From an uncultured Armatimonadetes bacterium (GTDB lineage Bacteria; Armatimonadota; Hebobacteria; Hebobacterales; Hebobacteraceae), in assembly GCA_963716175.1 (NCBI GenBank), contig OY970296.1, positions 2,784,001 to 2,848,000 of the forward strand: 64,000 nucleotides of DNA, given 5' to 3'. This document shows positions 1 through 10,219 of this stretch, piece after piece. How positions within the stretch are numbered: the first letter of the stretch is position 1; each line of letters opens with the position of its first letter. The notes beneath the pieces were generated by a model. The model ran no database searches, was not told where the DNA came from, and saw only the letters and a program-made list of their open reading frames with translations. Made by a program: the position numbers and the translations under genes.

Positions 1-184
1 CTCCGCCACCCCCATCTTCCGGCAGATCTCCCCCACCCCCGTGCCCGCCTCCGCCTGCTGCAAGGCGAACACGATCTGGGGCTCCGTGTACCGTTTCCGC
101 TTCATCTCAACATCCTCCCGGAATGAGTTTCCTTACGCTTGCTTCCTCTCATTCTGGGTGGATCAGGAAATGGGGTGCAGGCCC
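1..184 (-). mobile_element. IS3-family element, left end and start of OrfA (runs off window)
   Basis: The minus strand from ATG at 105 reads MKRKRYTEPQIVFALQQAEAGTGVGEICRKMGVAE, a typical IS3/IS407 OrfA N-terminus. The end sequence (G)GCCTGCACCCC near 184 resembles IS407-group termini. Confidence 0.8.
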
Positions 185-657
185 CCTACCTGGGGGTCGG
201 GTACACCCAGGCGGAGGGTCAGTTCGGCGGCAGCATCGGCGTGGAGGAAGGCAACGACGTGGGCGTCAAGACTGCCCAGATCAACAATGCGGCCAACTTC
301 GTGGTCTGCGGTGACAGCGCCAGCATGCAGATGTGGACGGCACGTCTGGATGTCTGGCAGGTGTGCGCGGTGCAGTCGGGCTGCGCCGACTGGGTGAACT
401 GCTCGTGGACGCAGCAGTGCGGCATCGACCAGGCGCACGTCAAGCAGTTCTGGCACGACCCGTCGTACCGCACGAAATTCACCCGTCACCTCGGCGGCAG
501 CAACATCGGGTTTGCGGATGGTCACGCCGCCTGGTGGAACGCCGAAGCCTACATCGCCGCTGTGCCCCACAGGATCTGCCCCAACTGCGAGGTCATCCAG
601 CCAGGAGCGACGCTGGAGGGCACCTGCACCAACATCGTAGATTGCCCTGACTGGTGA
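185..657 (+). pseudogene. 3' half of a prepilin/H-X9-DG (DUF1559-type) gene, separated from its 5' half by IS3
   Basis: Contains CADWVNCS and RHLGGSNIGFADGHA motifs shared with the three intact paralogs. Lacks the FTLIELL N-terminus. Confidence 0.85.
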
Positions 658-697
658 CATCGGCGCGCTTCGTCTGCTCGTGAGCTCGGTGGGGTAA

Positions 698-734
698 GTG
701 AAGACGGGCCGCTTCCTGGGCGGCCCGTCTTCAC
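698..734 (+). terminator. Strong hairpin after the H-X9-DG gene
   Basis: GTGAAGACGGGCCGC / GCGGCCCGTCTTCAC is a 15-bp perfect inverted repeat with no clear U tract. Confidence 0.55.
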
Positions 735-769
735 CCTGTGGCCGCGTTCCTCTGTGGTAGCCGACGGAG

Positions 770-2466
770 GTGGCTTTGCCGAGAGCTCGAAGGGCCGAGG
801 CACCCACGGCCGCGCCCCGGCCACTCGCCGCCCAGGCGGTGACGGCCAGGGCCGTCCTGCTGGGTGCACTGGCCGCGGCCGGCTTCGCTACCACCGCCCC
901 ATACCTGTCGTTTCGGATGGGCGTGTGGCTCCCCGGCAGCGACTCTCTGATGGCAGGCCCGCTGCTCGTGCTCCTCGCGCTGGTCCTCATCAACGGCCCG
1001 TTGGTGCGGCGCTGGCCTTCGCGCGCGTTCTCCCGCACCGAACTGCTGGTGATCTATGCGATGCTGATTGTCTCGCTGGGGTGGCTCACGAGGGGTGGCC
1101 TTCCCTTCCTGGTATCGCTGGTCACCTACCCGTTCTACCGGGCGACCCCGGCCAATGACTGGCAGAACCTGATCTGGCCCTACATCCCGTCCTGGCTCCG
1201 GGTCAGCAGTCCTGAGGCGGTCGTCTGGTTCTGGGAAGGCCGTCCCGAGCACGCGGCTGTGCCGTGGTCGGCCTGGCGGCAACCGGCACTGGTCTGGTCG
1301 GCCTTCACCTGCGCTTTGATGGTGGCGATGCTCTGCGCGGCCTCGCTGCTGCGCCGGGACTGGATCGAGCGCCAGCGGCTGACCTTCCCCCTGGCGGATA
1401 TCGCGCTAGCCATCGCCGGAGAGCGGGAGGCGCCCACGCTCGCCACGAGCCTGACGCGCCGCCGTGTGTTCCTTCTCGGCTTCGCCGTTCCGACCGTGCT
1501 CGGTCTCTGCCAGTGGCTGCACCGGTTCTTCCCGGCTACGCCCGCGTTGGATATGTACATGATGCCGGTGGGGCGGGCCTTCTCAGGCCTCGGGCTCCCG
1601 TGGAGTGCGCTCTCCGATGTAACCCTTACCATCTCCTGGTCGGTGCTGGGCATCATGTGCCTGATCCCCAGCGAGGTGGCATTGAGCCTGGGGCTCTTCT
1701 ATGTGCTAAACAAGTTGCAGTTGCTGGGATGGGCCGCGGCCGGGCTGAGCCGAGGACCGGCCACCTCGTCCATCGACCCGGGAATGTTCACCGCGTTCGA
1801 GCAGGCCGGCGGTCTCATCGCCCTGGCCGGGATTGTGCTGTACGAGTCCCGGCATTCGTTCGCGGCGGCCTGGCGCGGATTGTGGCACCGGCCGGGCGAT
1901 GACACTGACCCCACGACCCCGATGTCCGGGCGGGCGGCCGTCCTAGGGTTCCTCGCGGCGAACACCTTCATGCTGTGGTGCGGGCTCCGCCTGGGCATAT
2001 CCTGGTGGTCGCCGTCGGACTGCCCGCAATGCTGAGCATGGTCTACCGCTACGGCGCCAGTGCACTGGAGCCATGGCCATTCACCATCGTGGGGGACGGA
2101 GCATTCGGGGACATCGATGCTGCGCTTCGCAACCCTAGCCCAGTAGTGACCTGGAAGTGGCTGGCGCTCTCCATCGGCGCCGGTCTCATGGTGGCCCTCG
2201 CCTGGCTCCAGCTGCACGTCTCCTGGTGGGCCGTGAGCCCGCTCGGCTTCGTGATCGCCAGCGGCTGGGCGACCGAGAATGAGCTGTGGGCGTGCGCCCT
2301 GATCGGCTGGCTGCTGACAACTCTGATCAAGCGGTATGGCGGACTGCGCCTGTACCGCACCCTCCGGCCGGCGTTCCTGGGGTTGGTGCTCGGCGACCTC
2401 CTCACGAGCACCGCCACCGGCATCCTCAACGTGATCTTGGACTACCGACGGCTGGTGGGCCAGTGA
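770..2466 (+). pseudogene. DUF6785/DUF6784-type polytopic membrane protein (putative transporter), internally deleted and frameshifted
   Basis: ORFs 770-2035 and 1975-2466 match the N- and C-terminal parts of the intact paralog at 49300-51327 (ELLxIYxML, W..ERLxFPL, RYGG). About 100 codons are missing at ~2010. Confidence 0.8.
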
Positions 2467-2913
2467 GGTGCAAGGATGTGACCAGTTTTCTCTGGTGAGG
2501 CGTCCTGTGTGTGTCGAGATCCCACGACACAGCACTGGTAGAGTAGGGCCTTGGCCGTCGGGCGGAGCTCTCCTTGCGGCATCGCAGATCGCGCAGCATC
2601 AGGTGGCCTTCCTGCGGTGACCCGGGAGGCCGCCAGCGACCGGCCCTCGCCAGCATGCCGATCATCAGGCCCCGTCCTGCATGTGAGCCACGACCCAGTG
2701 GGCCGAGAACGGCACCTACGGAGTCAGTCCTAGCGGTCTCACTGCCCGGCGACAAAGCCAGCAGGTAACAGGGACAAAGGCGTCATCCCGGGCCAGCTCC
2801 ATGTGACCTCTGGGTAGTCCCGTGGGCGCTCAGCACACGCACGCGACTTCAGCAGCCTGGTCGGGCTGCCGAAGTGTACTCCATTGCTGTGGTGAGCACG
2901 TTGGCTCGGCGGC

Positions 2914-3953
2914 TCATCTCGCCCCGCTCAGGTCCCAGGTGAAGCGACGGCCCTCGTCGCTCTGCTGAACCGAGAACTGCTTGACGGTGCTGCCGGACGG
3001 GATCAGGAAGTAGTACCGCGCCTTCGCTTCCTGCCCCGGTTCCACGTCCATGCTCACTGTCTCATCCCGGCTCGCGTACAGCAACTCCTGGTTCCAGTCC
3101 AGGTTCTCGCCCTCCGTGGTCCGCACTTTCGGTGCAAGGGCACTCCACCCCAGCGACTGCGTGTCCTTTGTCGGGTTCCGAAGAGTCATGTTGAGGACCA
3201 GGTAGCGCGCGCCCCCTCCGGGGCTTCTTCCTTGATGGCCCCGGTGGTATAGCTCGTAGAGTCGAGTCGCGCGTCCCACATCCCGACCGGGCAATACGTG
3301 CCTACCACCGCGGGCACATCCGCCAGCGCGGTCGCTCCACTCTTGTCCGCCGGGTCGCCGAATGGCGCCGCGAGCCCCTTCACCTTCTTGCGCAGATCAT
3401 AGCGGATCACCAGCTGGTCCTGTGCCTTCACGATCAGCTTGGGCACTTCGCCCCGCGCTGGAACGGTGATGATCGTGTAGGCGTCGAGCTTCTGCGCTGG
3501 CTTCAGGTCGAGGCTGAGCGCTTCCTGGGTCGACTCCACCCCGATGTTCTGCGGGTACTCGCGGTTTGTGTCAGTTGCGTCCACAGCGGTGAAGGAGCAT
3601 ACACTCCATCCGACCCCGCGCTCACTCGGCTGCGGGTTCTGTAAGGTGAAGTGCACTACCAGCAGCTTCTCCTCCGCCGTCGGCACGTAGTAGTCGGCCC
3701 CAATCCGCTTGCGCTCCGCTAGGTACTCGCAGCTCTTGAGAGTGAAGTTGATCGGGCTCTCTTTGCCCAGCGTGTAGGTCAGACCCAACTCCCCCTGGTC
3801 GCCCTTGAGTTGACTCGTCCCCTGCACGACCCGCTTCTGCGGCGCGGGCGGCTTCTTCTTCGCAGCCCCCGCCGCCACGCCGCCCATCACCGCCGCCAGC
3901 GTCGCCAGGCCCAGCACCAACGCCGCCGTCGTCCTCGCTATTTTCCCTACCAT
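2914..3953 (-). pseudogene. Secreted protein with two DUF4352-like Ig-fold domains, frameshifted near 3210
   Basis: Signal peptide and two homologous domains (LLVVHFTLQNP / YLVLNMTLRNP) split across ORFs 3186-3953 and 2914-3294 at a GC/C run. An IS110 sits in its RBS. Confidence 0.65.
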
Positions 3954-3974
3954 CTCAGCCTCCTATAATGCTGC

Positions 3975-4210
3975 AACTTGGATATCCGTACTGGTTTCAC
4001 CAGTATGGAGTGGGTTATAGTCTCCGGGCCGGGGCGTCGGGCGCGAGGTCTTCATTTCAGTTACGGCGCGACCGAGAAGAGGAGAATGACCCCTCGGCAA
4101 CCGGTCCGGAGCTTGGATTGCAACCTGCGGCACGACCGCGCAATTCAGGAGTCGAAGCGGGACCGGAGGCGACGAGGAGCTCCCGCGCTGGCGGCAGATC
4201 CATTGCCGAG
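3975..4210 (+). ncRNA. Putative IS110 bridge RNA
   Basis: A 5' hairpin (TCCGTACTGG/CCAGTATGGA) and two stem-internal-loop domains whose loops match target and donor sequences. Starts just downstream of TATAAT at 3964-3969. Confidence 0.7.
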
Positions 4211-4220
4211 GAGGTGGTGT

Positions 4221-5648
4221 ATGGCGGAAGCGAGGTTGTTGTGCGTGGGCATCGATGTCTCGTCGCGCTCCCTGGAGGTCGGCTTCTGCGATGGCAGCGG
4301 AGCGCCCATCGGCGGCGTGCAGTCCTTCCCCAACGACGCAACCGGCGCGGCCGCGCTCGGCGAGGCCGTGATGGTGATCGCACGCGCGTGCGGTCGCGGC
4401 ACCCAGGTGATGGCGGCGGTGGAGTCCACCGGCGAATATCATCGGGTGGCGGCGAAGGCGCTGCGGGCAGAGACGCGTCGGACGATCCAGGTGCACGTGC
4501 TCAATCCCCGCGAGGTCAAGTGGTTCCGCAAGCTGGAGCTCAAGGACACCAAGACCGACCGGGTGGATGCCGAGCTGATCGCCCGATTCCTGGCGAAGAT
4601 CCGCCCCCAGCCCCGCGCCCCCATGCCCGAGGGATTCGAAGCGCTCCAGGATGCCACTCGCACCCGGCGCCGCTGCGTGGAGGATCGCACCTCGCTCAAG
4701 AATCGGCTCCACCGGCTGCTGCGCACTCACTTCCCCGGCTATCGGGAAACGCTGGGTGCCAAGTTCAGCGTCCGCACCCTGGTGGCGCTGGCCGCCTGCC
4801 CCTCGCCCCAGGAGCTGCTCCGGCGGGGTGAGGCTCGCCTGAGTGAGTTGCGCAACTCCGACGGCAAGCGTGTCGGAGCCGCCTTCGCCCGGAAACTGAT
4901 CGCCCTGGCGAAAGCTGCCCCCGCGCGCCAACTGCCGATGATGGCGCGTCTCTCCATCCAGGACGCGGCCGTCCGCATCCTGCAACTGAATCGTTTCCTT
5001 CACGGCATGGACGCAGCCGTCGCCCAGGAGCTGGAGCGGCTCTTCCCAGATACGGTTCTGGCTTCGGTGCCGGGCCTGGGCCCGGTCTCGGTGGCTTCCA
5101 TCCTGGCCGAGACAGCCGACATCCGTCGCTTCCCGCACAAAGAGACTTTCGTGGGCTACTGTGGGCTCTATCCCATTGCCTGGGAGAGCGGAGACACCAA
5201 GCTGCGCTTCCGCATGACCCGCAAGGGCAACCGCATGCTGAAGATGACTCTGCTGGTGGCCTCGGCCGCCGCCCGCCAATACAACCCGGCGATCCGCCAC
5301 TTCTACGCCCGCCTGCGAGCCCGAGGCAAATCCAAGAAAGCAGCCGGAGGTGCCATCGCCCGAAAGATGGCTGAGATCGTCTGGGCCGTGCTCACCTTCA
5401 ATCAACCTTGGTCGGAAGAGATCGCCCTGCGCGGAATCGCTCGGGGAGAAGAGATGGCCCAGACACCGAAGGGGGAGCGACGCCTCACTGGAGATGCCGC
5501 GGGTCAAGCCCCGATGCAATCGGGACGACCACTCAAGGCGGCGTCGAGGTCTCGCGCTCCCCAGCGTAATTCTACCATCAGCGCTGGGAAAAACAAGCCG
5601 CCACATCTCCAACTTACTCGCTATGCCAGAGGCACGATTACCCCTTGA
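4221..5648 (+). CDS. IS110-family recombinase/transposase
   Basis: GIDVS, VESTG and KTDRVDA (DEDD), VPGLG, WESG, KGNRMLK and ARKMA motifs. RBS GAGGAGG before ATG 4221. Confidence 0.95.
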   Translation: MAEARLLCVGIDVSSRSLEVGFCDGSGAPIGGVQSFPNDATGAAALGEAVMVIARACGRGTQVMAAVESTGEYHRVAAKALRAETRRTIQVHVLNPREVKWFRKLELKDTKTDRVDAELIARFLAKIRPQPRAPMPEGFEALQDATRTRRRCVEDRTSLKNRLHRLLRTHFPGYRETLGAKFSVRTLVALAACPSPQELLRRGEARLSELRNSDGKRVGAAFARKLIALAKAAPARQLPMMARLSIQDAAVRILQLNRFLHGMDAAVAQELERLFPDTVLASVPGLGPVSVASILAETADIRRFPHKETFVGYCGLYPIAWESGDTKLRFRMTRKGNRMLKMTLLVASAAARQYNPAIRHFYARLRARGKSKKAAGGAIARKMAEIVWAVLTFNQPWSEEIALRGIARGEEMAQTPKGERRLTGDAAGQAPMQSGRPLKAASRSRAPQRNSTISAGKNKPPHLQLTRYARGTITP

Positions 5649-5899
5649 CATCAGTTATTGCATCTCCTCACCCGCCGCGTGCTCCTGGGCACTCCCGTTG
5701 CCCAGCCGTAAGTCGCCCGAAGCGCAGGCACAACCCCGGCCGCGATCTGCTTCCCACTACCGCGGCTGGGGGGCAATCACCTCCCCGCTCGGAGTTGCCA
5801 CGCGTCATCTCCGTGTAACAAGCTATCTGCATCGGGCGACGGTGCGATCGCCGTCGTAATCCGATATCGGCACGTCTGGAGCGATTCCGGCCGGTTCCA

Positions 5900-6060
5900 C
5901 GAGCCCCTGACAGCGGCAGGTGGACCCAGTCTACTCCCCGCTCAGCATCGCCTTCCGTCCTCGGTGGCCTCCCGCCTTAGGGGTGTCAGCGAGTGCAGAG
6001 AATACCGCGACTGCGGCTCACGAGCATCCTGGAAGCCAGATGGATTTCTGGACAGCGCGG
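5900..6060 (-). repeat. Dispersed repeat family, divergent partial copy 0
   Basis: Shares ACCCAGTC, TCAGCATCGCC, CCTCCC, AGGGGTGTCAGCGA and GATGGATTTCTGGACAG with the copies at 8960-9205 and 10220-10480. Confidence 0.65.
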
Positions 6061-6467
6061 GTTGAGCGCCACGTCTTCCCGGACGTCCGCATCACCGCGT
6101 ACCGCTTGGTCACCTGAGAGCTTGGCCCCTTTCCGGCTGGGGCCGGCCGTCGCACGCCTCGACGCGGGAGGGCGTCTCTGTGCCACAACTCGAGTAGCCC
6201 TGCCCGTCGCGCCGCGAGCGCCGTTCGGACTGCGTCGAAGGGAGCGCCATCAAGCCATCAGGAATCTGCCCTCTTCCTGGCCCACCAGGTGTCCCAAGCT
6301 CATGTGACAACCGCATGGTGTTCGCTCTGACCTGCAGCTAGCTCTGGTAGCAGGGGCCCGCTTTGTGGTATGGCCCTCCCGGCGAGGGCAGCAGGGACCG
6401 AGCGCGAGGAGATGGGCAGAGCCGGCGGGTCTGGCGCCAGCGATGCCGGATGCGAGGAGGGCAGGGA

Positions 6468-6965
6468 ATGGGGAAGGGCACGTCGGAGCGGTCAGCACGC
6501 GACGCTGTCTGGGTGGTGTTGGTCTGGGGTCGAGTAGCAGTGGGCCTGGTATTGGTTGCCACTGGCGGAGTCGCGTTCGGGCACGCCTGGACGCGGGAGT
6601 ACGTGTCCCTGTGGTGGGTGGGAGCGATCACACTCCTGGTCGGGATTCTGCTGGTCGTTTCTGGACTCTGTGCACGCAGCCGGCCCGCTGACATCACCCC
6701 GCAGGCTGCGATGCCAGGGGAAGCTCCGCCGCCGCAAGAGCCGCTGGTTCCGCTGTTGGGAGCGTTGCTGGTCTACAAGTACCAGCGGATCACCCACAAG
6801 CAGCTCAACGAAGCCCTGGCGCAGCAGCGCAAGGAGCAGAAAAACAGGCGGCGGCTGGGTGAGATACTCCTGGAGATGGGAGCAATCACTGAGCCGCAGC
6901 TGGAGGAAGCGTTGGCGCAACAGCGTTTGGTCCTGGACGAAAGGGCCCCAGGGCAGGAGAGCTAG
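6468..6965 (+). CDS. Two-TM membrane protein with C-terminal MshEN (c-di-GMP-binding) domain
   Basis: Two hydrophobic helices, then LLGALLV...LNEALAQQ and RLGEILLEMGAITEPQLEEALAQQ (MshEN tandem motif). RBS GAGGAGG. Confidence 0.85.
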   Translation: MGKGTSERSARDAVWVVLVWGRVAVGLVLVATGGVAFGHAWTREYVSLWWVGAITLLVGILLVVSGLCARSRPADITPQAAMPGEAPPPQEPLVPLLGALLVYKYQRITHKQLNEALAQQRKEQKNRRRLGEILLEMGAITEPQLEEALAQQRLVLDERAPGQES

Positions 6966-7007
6966 AACCCGGGTTCCGAGCATGCGCGCTGGCGAAGTCT
7001 CACCGCC

Positions 7008-7077
7008 GACGGCCCCGGGCACCCCCGACTCCCGCTACCCCCTCGGCGAGGAGTCAGTGGCCGGGGTTCCGTCGCGT
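7008..7077. repeat. Dispersed repeat family, hairpin-only copy 1
   Basis: GACGGCCCCGG..GACTCC..GCTACCCC..GGAGTC..CCGGGG..CGTCGCG, homologous to the copies at 8964, 10221 and 32748. Confidence 0.8.
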
Positions 7078-7495
7078 GGGGCGAGTCGAGGCAAGTCTAG
7101 TACCGGCGCTGGCTGCAGCTGTCCGTTCGCGGGCCTCACTTGGAACCTCATGAGCCGCGGCCAGCAACACGCCGCCCACCAAGGGGGGTGGCGGAGATGC
7201 GAAGTGTGACGACGCGTTACATCGCGCCCTTCCGCCGCCTAAAGCGCGCCCGACCGGGAGCCGGGCTCGCCAAACCGACCATCTGGAGGCGCGGCGAAGG
7301 CGGACGCCCCTAGGCACTGACACGACACGGTCCCAGCCGCGGGAGCGAGCCAAGCCGTACGTTCGTTCCCATTCAGTCGTGTGAAGTGGGCGTCCGGGCT
7401 TCCTCCGCATTTCCGACGCGCTCGCACCAGCGGTACTCAACGATCCCGCTGGTCGCCGACACCCAGCACCCGCCTCGCGGGAATTCGCCATCGGG

Positions 7496-7972
7496 CTATA
7501 CGACCCACTCGACCCGCGGCGCGCTGGCGCTGTGCTCGGAATCGGTACTCGTGCCGGCCCTGCGCGGCGCGCGAGCCTGGCAGTGTCGCCGGGAGAGCTG
7601 TTCCTCAAGTACGTCGGCCAGCTGTGCGCTTGTAACCAGCCCCATTCTCACCAGCACGCGGCCCAGGCGTTCCCCGCTTTTCTCCTGATGCTCGAGGGCG
7701 GCGGCCAGGTCCGCCTCCGAGATGAGGCGATAGTTGATCAGCATCTGCCCCAGCAGCGGCGCGGCCTCCAAGTCCGAGTCCGCCACCGTGCCGGGCCGGA
7801 TGTGGATGCGGTGCCACCGGCGGGCCGCGTGGAGCACAGTCAGAACTCCCAGGATGAGCACCAGAGCGCCGACAAGCAGGAGGAGGGCGTCCCCGTCCTC
7901 CCACGTTTCGCCGAGGACGATGCCGCCCATGAGTCCGAGTGCGCAGGCCAGGCCCAGTTGGTGCCGCTTCAT
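7496..7972 (-). CDS. Two-TM membrane protein with MshEN domain
   Basis: LLGQMLINYRLISEADLAAALEHQ and RLGRVLVRMGLVTSAQLADVLEEQ. Confidence 0.85.
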   Translation of the reverse strand: MKRHQLGLACALGLMGGIVLGETWEDGDALLLLVGALVLILGVLTVLHAARRWHRIHIRPGTVADSDLEAAPLLGQMLINYRLISEADLAAALEHQEKSGERLGRVLVRMGLVTSAQLADVLEEQLSRRHCQARAPRRAGTSTDSEHSASAPRVEWVV

Positions 7973-8089
7973 CTGCCGCCTCCATGGCGAGCAGGACTCA
8001 TTGCAGTACTCTCTTCCCCTTCTGCGCTGTTCGCTGTGCCAGTGCGCGACTTACCGGCACCGCCGCCGCGCGTGCCGACGCTGCTCTCA

Positions 8090-8518
8090 TCAGCCACGCG
8101 CCGCGGGCTCCCGTCTCGTCTGGCCACGCTGCTCCTGTATGACCTGGGCCAGCTGGTCTGCAGTGATAAGGCGTATGCCTATGAGCACGTCGCCGAGTCG
8201 TTTCGTCGTCCCTCGCTGCAAGGCGAGGGCCTCGCCAAGGCCTACAGGAGAGACCAGGCCATGGCGAACCAGCAGGTCCCCCAGCAATGGCGCCGGCGAC
8301 TCGGCCTCCACGTCGCACGACGTCGTCTCCAGGCGCCCTGTCGCCGTGATCGGACGCTGCCAACAGCACATATCCGCGATCACCATTAACGCCCCTGCCA
8401 GAACAGCAAGGGCTCCCGCTGACCACAGTGCCCGGCCGCCACCCCTCCAGGCATCGCCGAACAACACAGCGGAGAACAGGCACAGGGCTATCCCTATGCC
8501 AGACCCAACGTGTTTCAT
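8090..8518 (-). CDS. Two-TM membrane protein with MshEN domain
   Basis: LLGDLLVRHGLVSPVGLGEALALQ and RLGDVLIGIRLITADQLAQVIQEQ. Confidence 0.85.
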   Translation of the reverse strand: MKHVGSGIGIALCLFSAVLFGDAWRGGGRALWSAGALAVLAGALMVIADMCCWQRPITATGRLETTSCDVEAESPAPLLGDLLVRHGLVSPVGLGEALALQRGTTKRLGDVLIGIRLITADQLAQVIQEQRGQTRREPAARG

Positions 8519-8959
8519 TGTCCCGCTCCGGAGCGAGGCGCGGAGCCGACTGCTTCCTCCATAGCCTCACCGCCAGACCAGCACCGCTCGCGTCCGGTGA
8601 GACCACCAGTGTGGTCCCTCGAACTGGGGGTCACTGCCATCTCCTACCATCGCAGTCGAAAGCCGCTCCGCTCGCCTCCTCAAAAGGATACGCCGACCCT
8701 CCGTCACCACTGGCGGAAGCGCCGGCGCTGTATGTGAGCCCTGCTTCTACCGCGGTTATTCCACAGTGGGCGGCTGGTTCGAGGGCCCCCCGACAGGCGA
8801 AGGGGCGACCCTCACACGGAGCGCTCACTCCCGTCGCACGTACCAGCAGGCTGGTGTCAGATCGCAGCCGGGCCTTCCCTCCGCGGGCAGACTAGTCGCC
8901 TCAGCGAAGACGACATCCTGCAGCTGTTTGTGCCGGCTGTCCATGTCAGCCGCCCGTGG

Positions 8960-9205
8960 AGCCGGCCCCGGGCCCCCCGACTCCGCTACCCCCTCGGCTT
9001 GGGGTCGCTGTTCGGGGTTTCGTCGCGTGTGGGGGCAGCAGCCGGGCCACGGTGGCGATCACCGGCAGCCCCACCCAGTCCAATCTCAGTTCAGCATCGC
9101 CGCCCAACTTCGCCGCCTCCCGAAACAGGAGCATCAGCGATCGCCGAGAATGCCAGGTTCTGCGCCCCAGTGAGGCTCTGGCGGGCGGATGAGTATTTGG
9201 ACAGG
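8960..9205 (-). repeat. Dispersed repeat family, copy 2
   Basis: Hairpin, LDWVGLPVIATVARLL-coding segment and GGATGAGTATTTGGACAG terminus. Confidence 0.85.
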
Positions 9206-9296
9206 AGGGGGGCATCGCCGCTTGATACAGGCAGAATGCCCGGATAGAGTTCCGGGGGTGCACACCGGTGAAGACATCATCCCCGGGAGGGAAGCC

Positions 9297-10016
9297 ATGG
9301 ATAAGATCCGGACGCTCATTCTGACCGGACAGAACATGCACGAATGGAAGCGGTCGGCTCCGTTCTGCTGGCTTCTTCTTCAGAACACCGGCCGGTTCGA
9401 TGTGACGCTGACGACGAACCCGTCGGAGACGCTGGAAGACGCCGGAAAGATCAAGGAGTTCTCGCTGCTGTTCTCCGATTACGCAGGCCCGGATTGGAGT
9501 CCGGCGGCGAAGGAGAACATGGAGGCGTTCGTTGCCGGCGGGGGAGGACTGGCGCTGTTTCACGCAGCCTGTATTCCTTTCAAGGGGTGGAAGGCGTTCG
9601 AGACGATGGTACCGTTTCTGTGGCGCGAGGAGGGGGGACACGGCACGTTTCACGAGTTCCTGGTCACGATCACCGACAGGGATCATCCGATCACGAGGGG
9701 TCTGAGCGATGCGCGCACGACCGATGAGCTGTACCATCGGATGGCGCACCTGTACGACAATCCTTACCGGGTGCTGGCAACCGCATTCGCCTCGCTGGCG
9801 GAGAAGGGCACCGGCCGGGACGAGCCGATGATCATCGTGTCGGAGTTCGGCAAAGGGCGGGTATTTCAGCAGATGCTCGGTCACGTCTGGGAGCGGGACC
9901 CGGAGAAGCCGGACGACGTCGCGCTGAGCATGATCTCACTGGAGAACCCGTTCTTCCAGCGGACGCTGATTCGAGGCTGCGAGTGGGCGGCGACTGGCAC
10001 CGTTACGGTCGAGTGA
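9297..10016 (+). CDS. ThuA-like (class I GATase-fold) protein
   Basis: LILTGQNMHEW, GGGLALFHA, HPIT, DELYH and GKGRVF..LGH motifs. RBS GGAGG. Confidence 0.85.
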   Translation: MDKIRTLILTGQNMHEWKRSAPFCWLLLQNTGRFDVTLTTNPSETLEDAGKIKEFSLLFSDYAGPDWSPAAKENMEAFVAGGGGLALFHAACIPFKGWKAFETMVPFLWREEGGHGTFHEFLVTITDRDHPITRGLSDARTTDELYHRMAHLYDNPYRVLATAFASLAEKGTGRDEPMIIVSEFGKGRVFQQMLGHVWERDPEKPDDVALSMISLENPFFQRTLIRGCEWAATGTVTVE

Positions 10017-10219
10017 GTCCTTCGAGGGGCGGAGAGGATACCGCACGGCGCAGGCGCACAGGGTCGGCATGGTTGTGCACCCTCGAAACTCTATCCCGAG
10101 GGGAGTCCTCTCTATCAGAGACTGTATCCTGGCGCCGCGATCGGCGGCGCGGGTCCATGACAGCGCGGGATGCGGGCGTTGAGTAGGGTTGATGCCTAAT
10201 CCGCCGGACCATCCTGGAA

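Larger units (their letters stand above)
3965..5668 (+). mobile_element. IS110-family element
   Basis: Core CTCCT at both junctions (3960-3964, 5664-5668), no TIR, a long structured left end and an IS110 recombinase gene. Confidence 0.9.

Noticed and set aside
3200-3225. Programmed frameshifting at the DUF4352-like and GH20 frameshifts
   Set aside because: No slippery heptamer; mutation or sequencing error is more likely and cannot be resolved without reads.
3963-5651. 562-aa antisense ORF and the upstream extension of the IS110 ORF to 3978
   Set aside because: These are a GC-rich shadow of the transposase. The real start at 4221 has an RBS, and the upstream region is better explained as structured RNA.
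6200-8950. c-di-GMP riboswitch upstream of the MshEN genes
   Set aside because: No GEMM-I or GEMM-II consensus recognised by eye; an Infernal search would be needed to exclude it fully.
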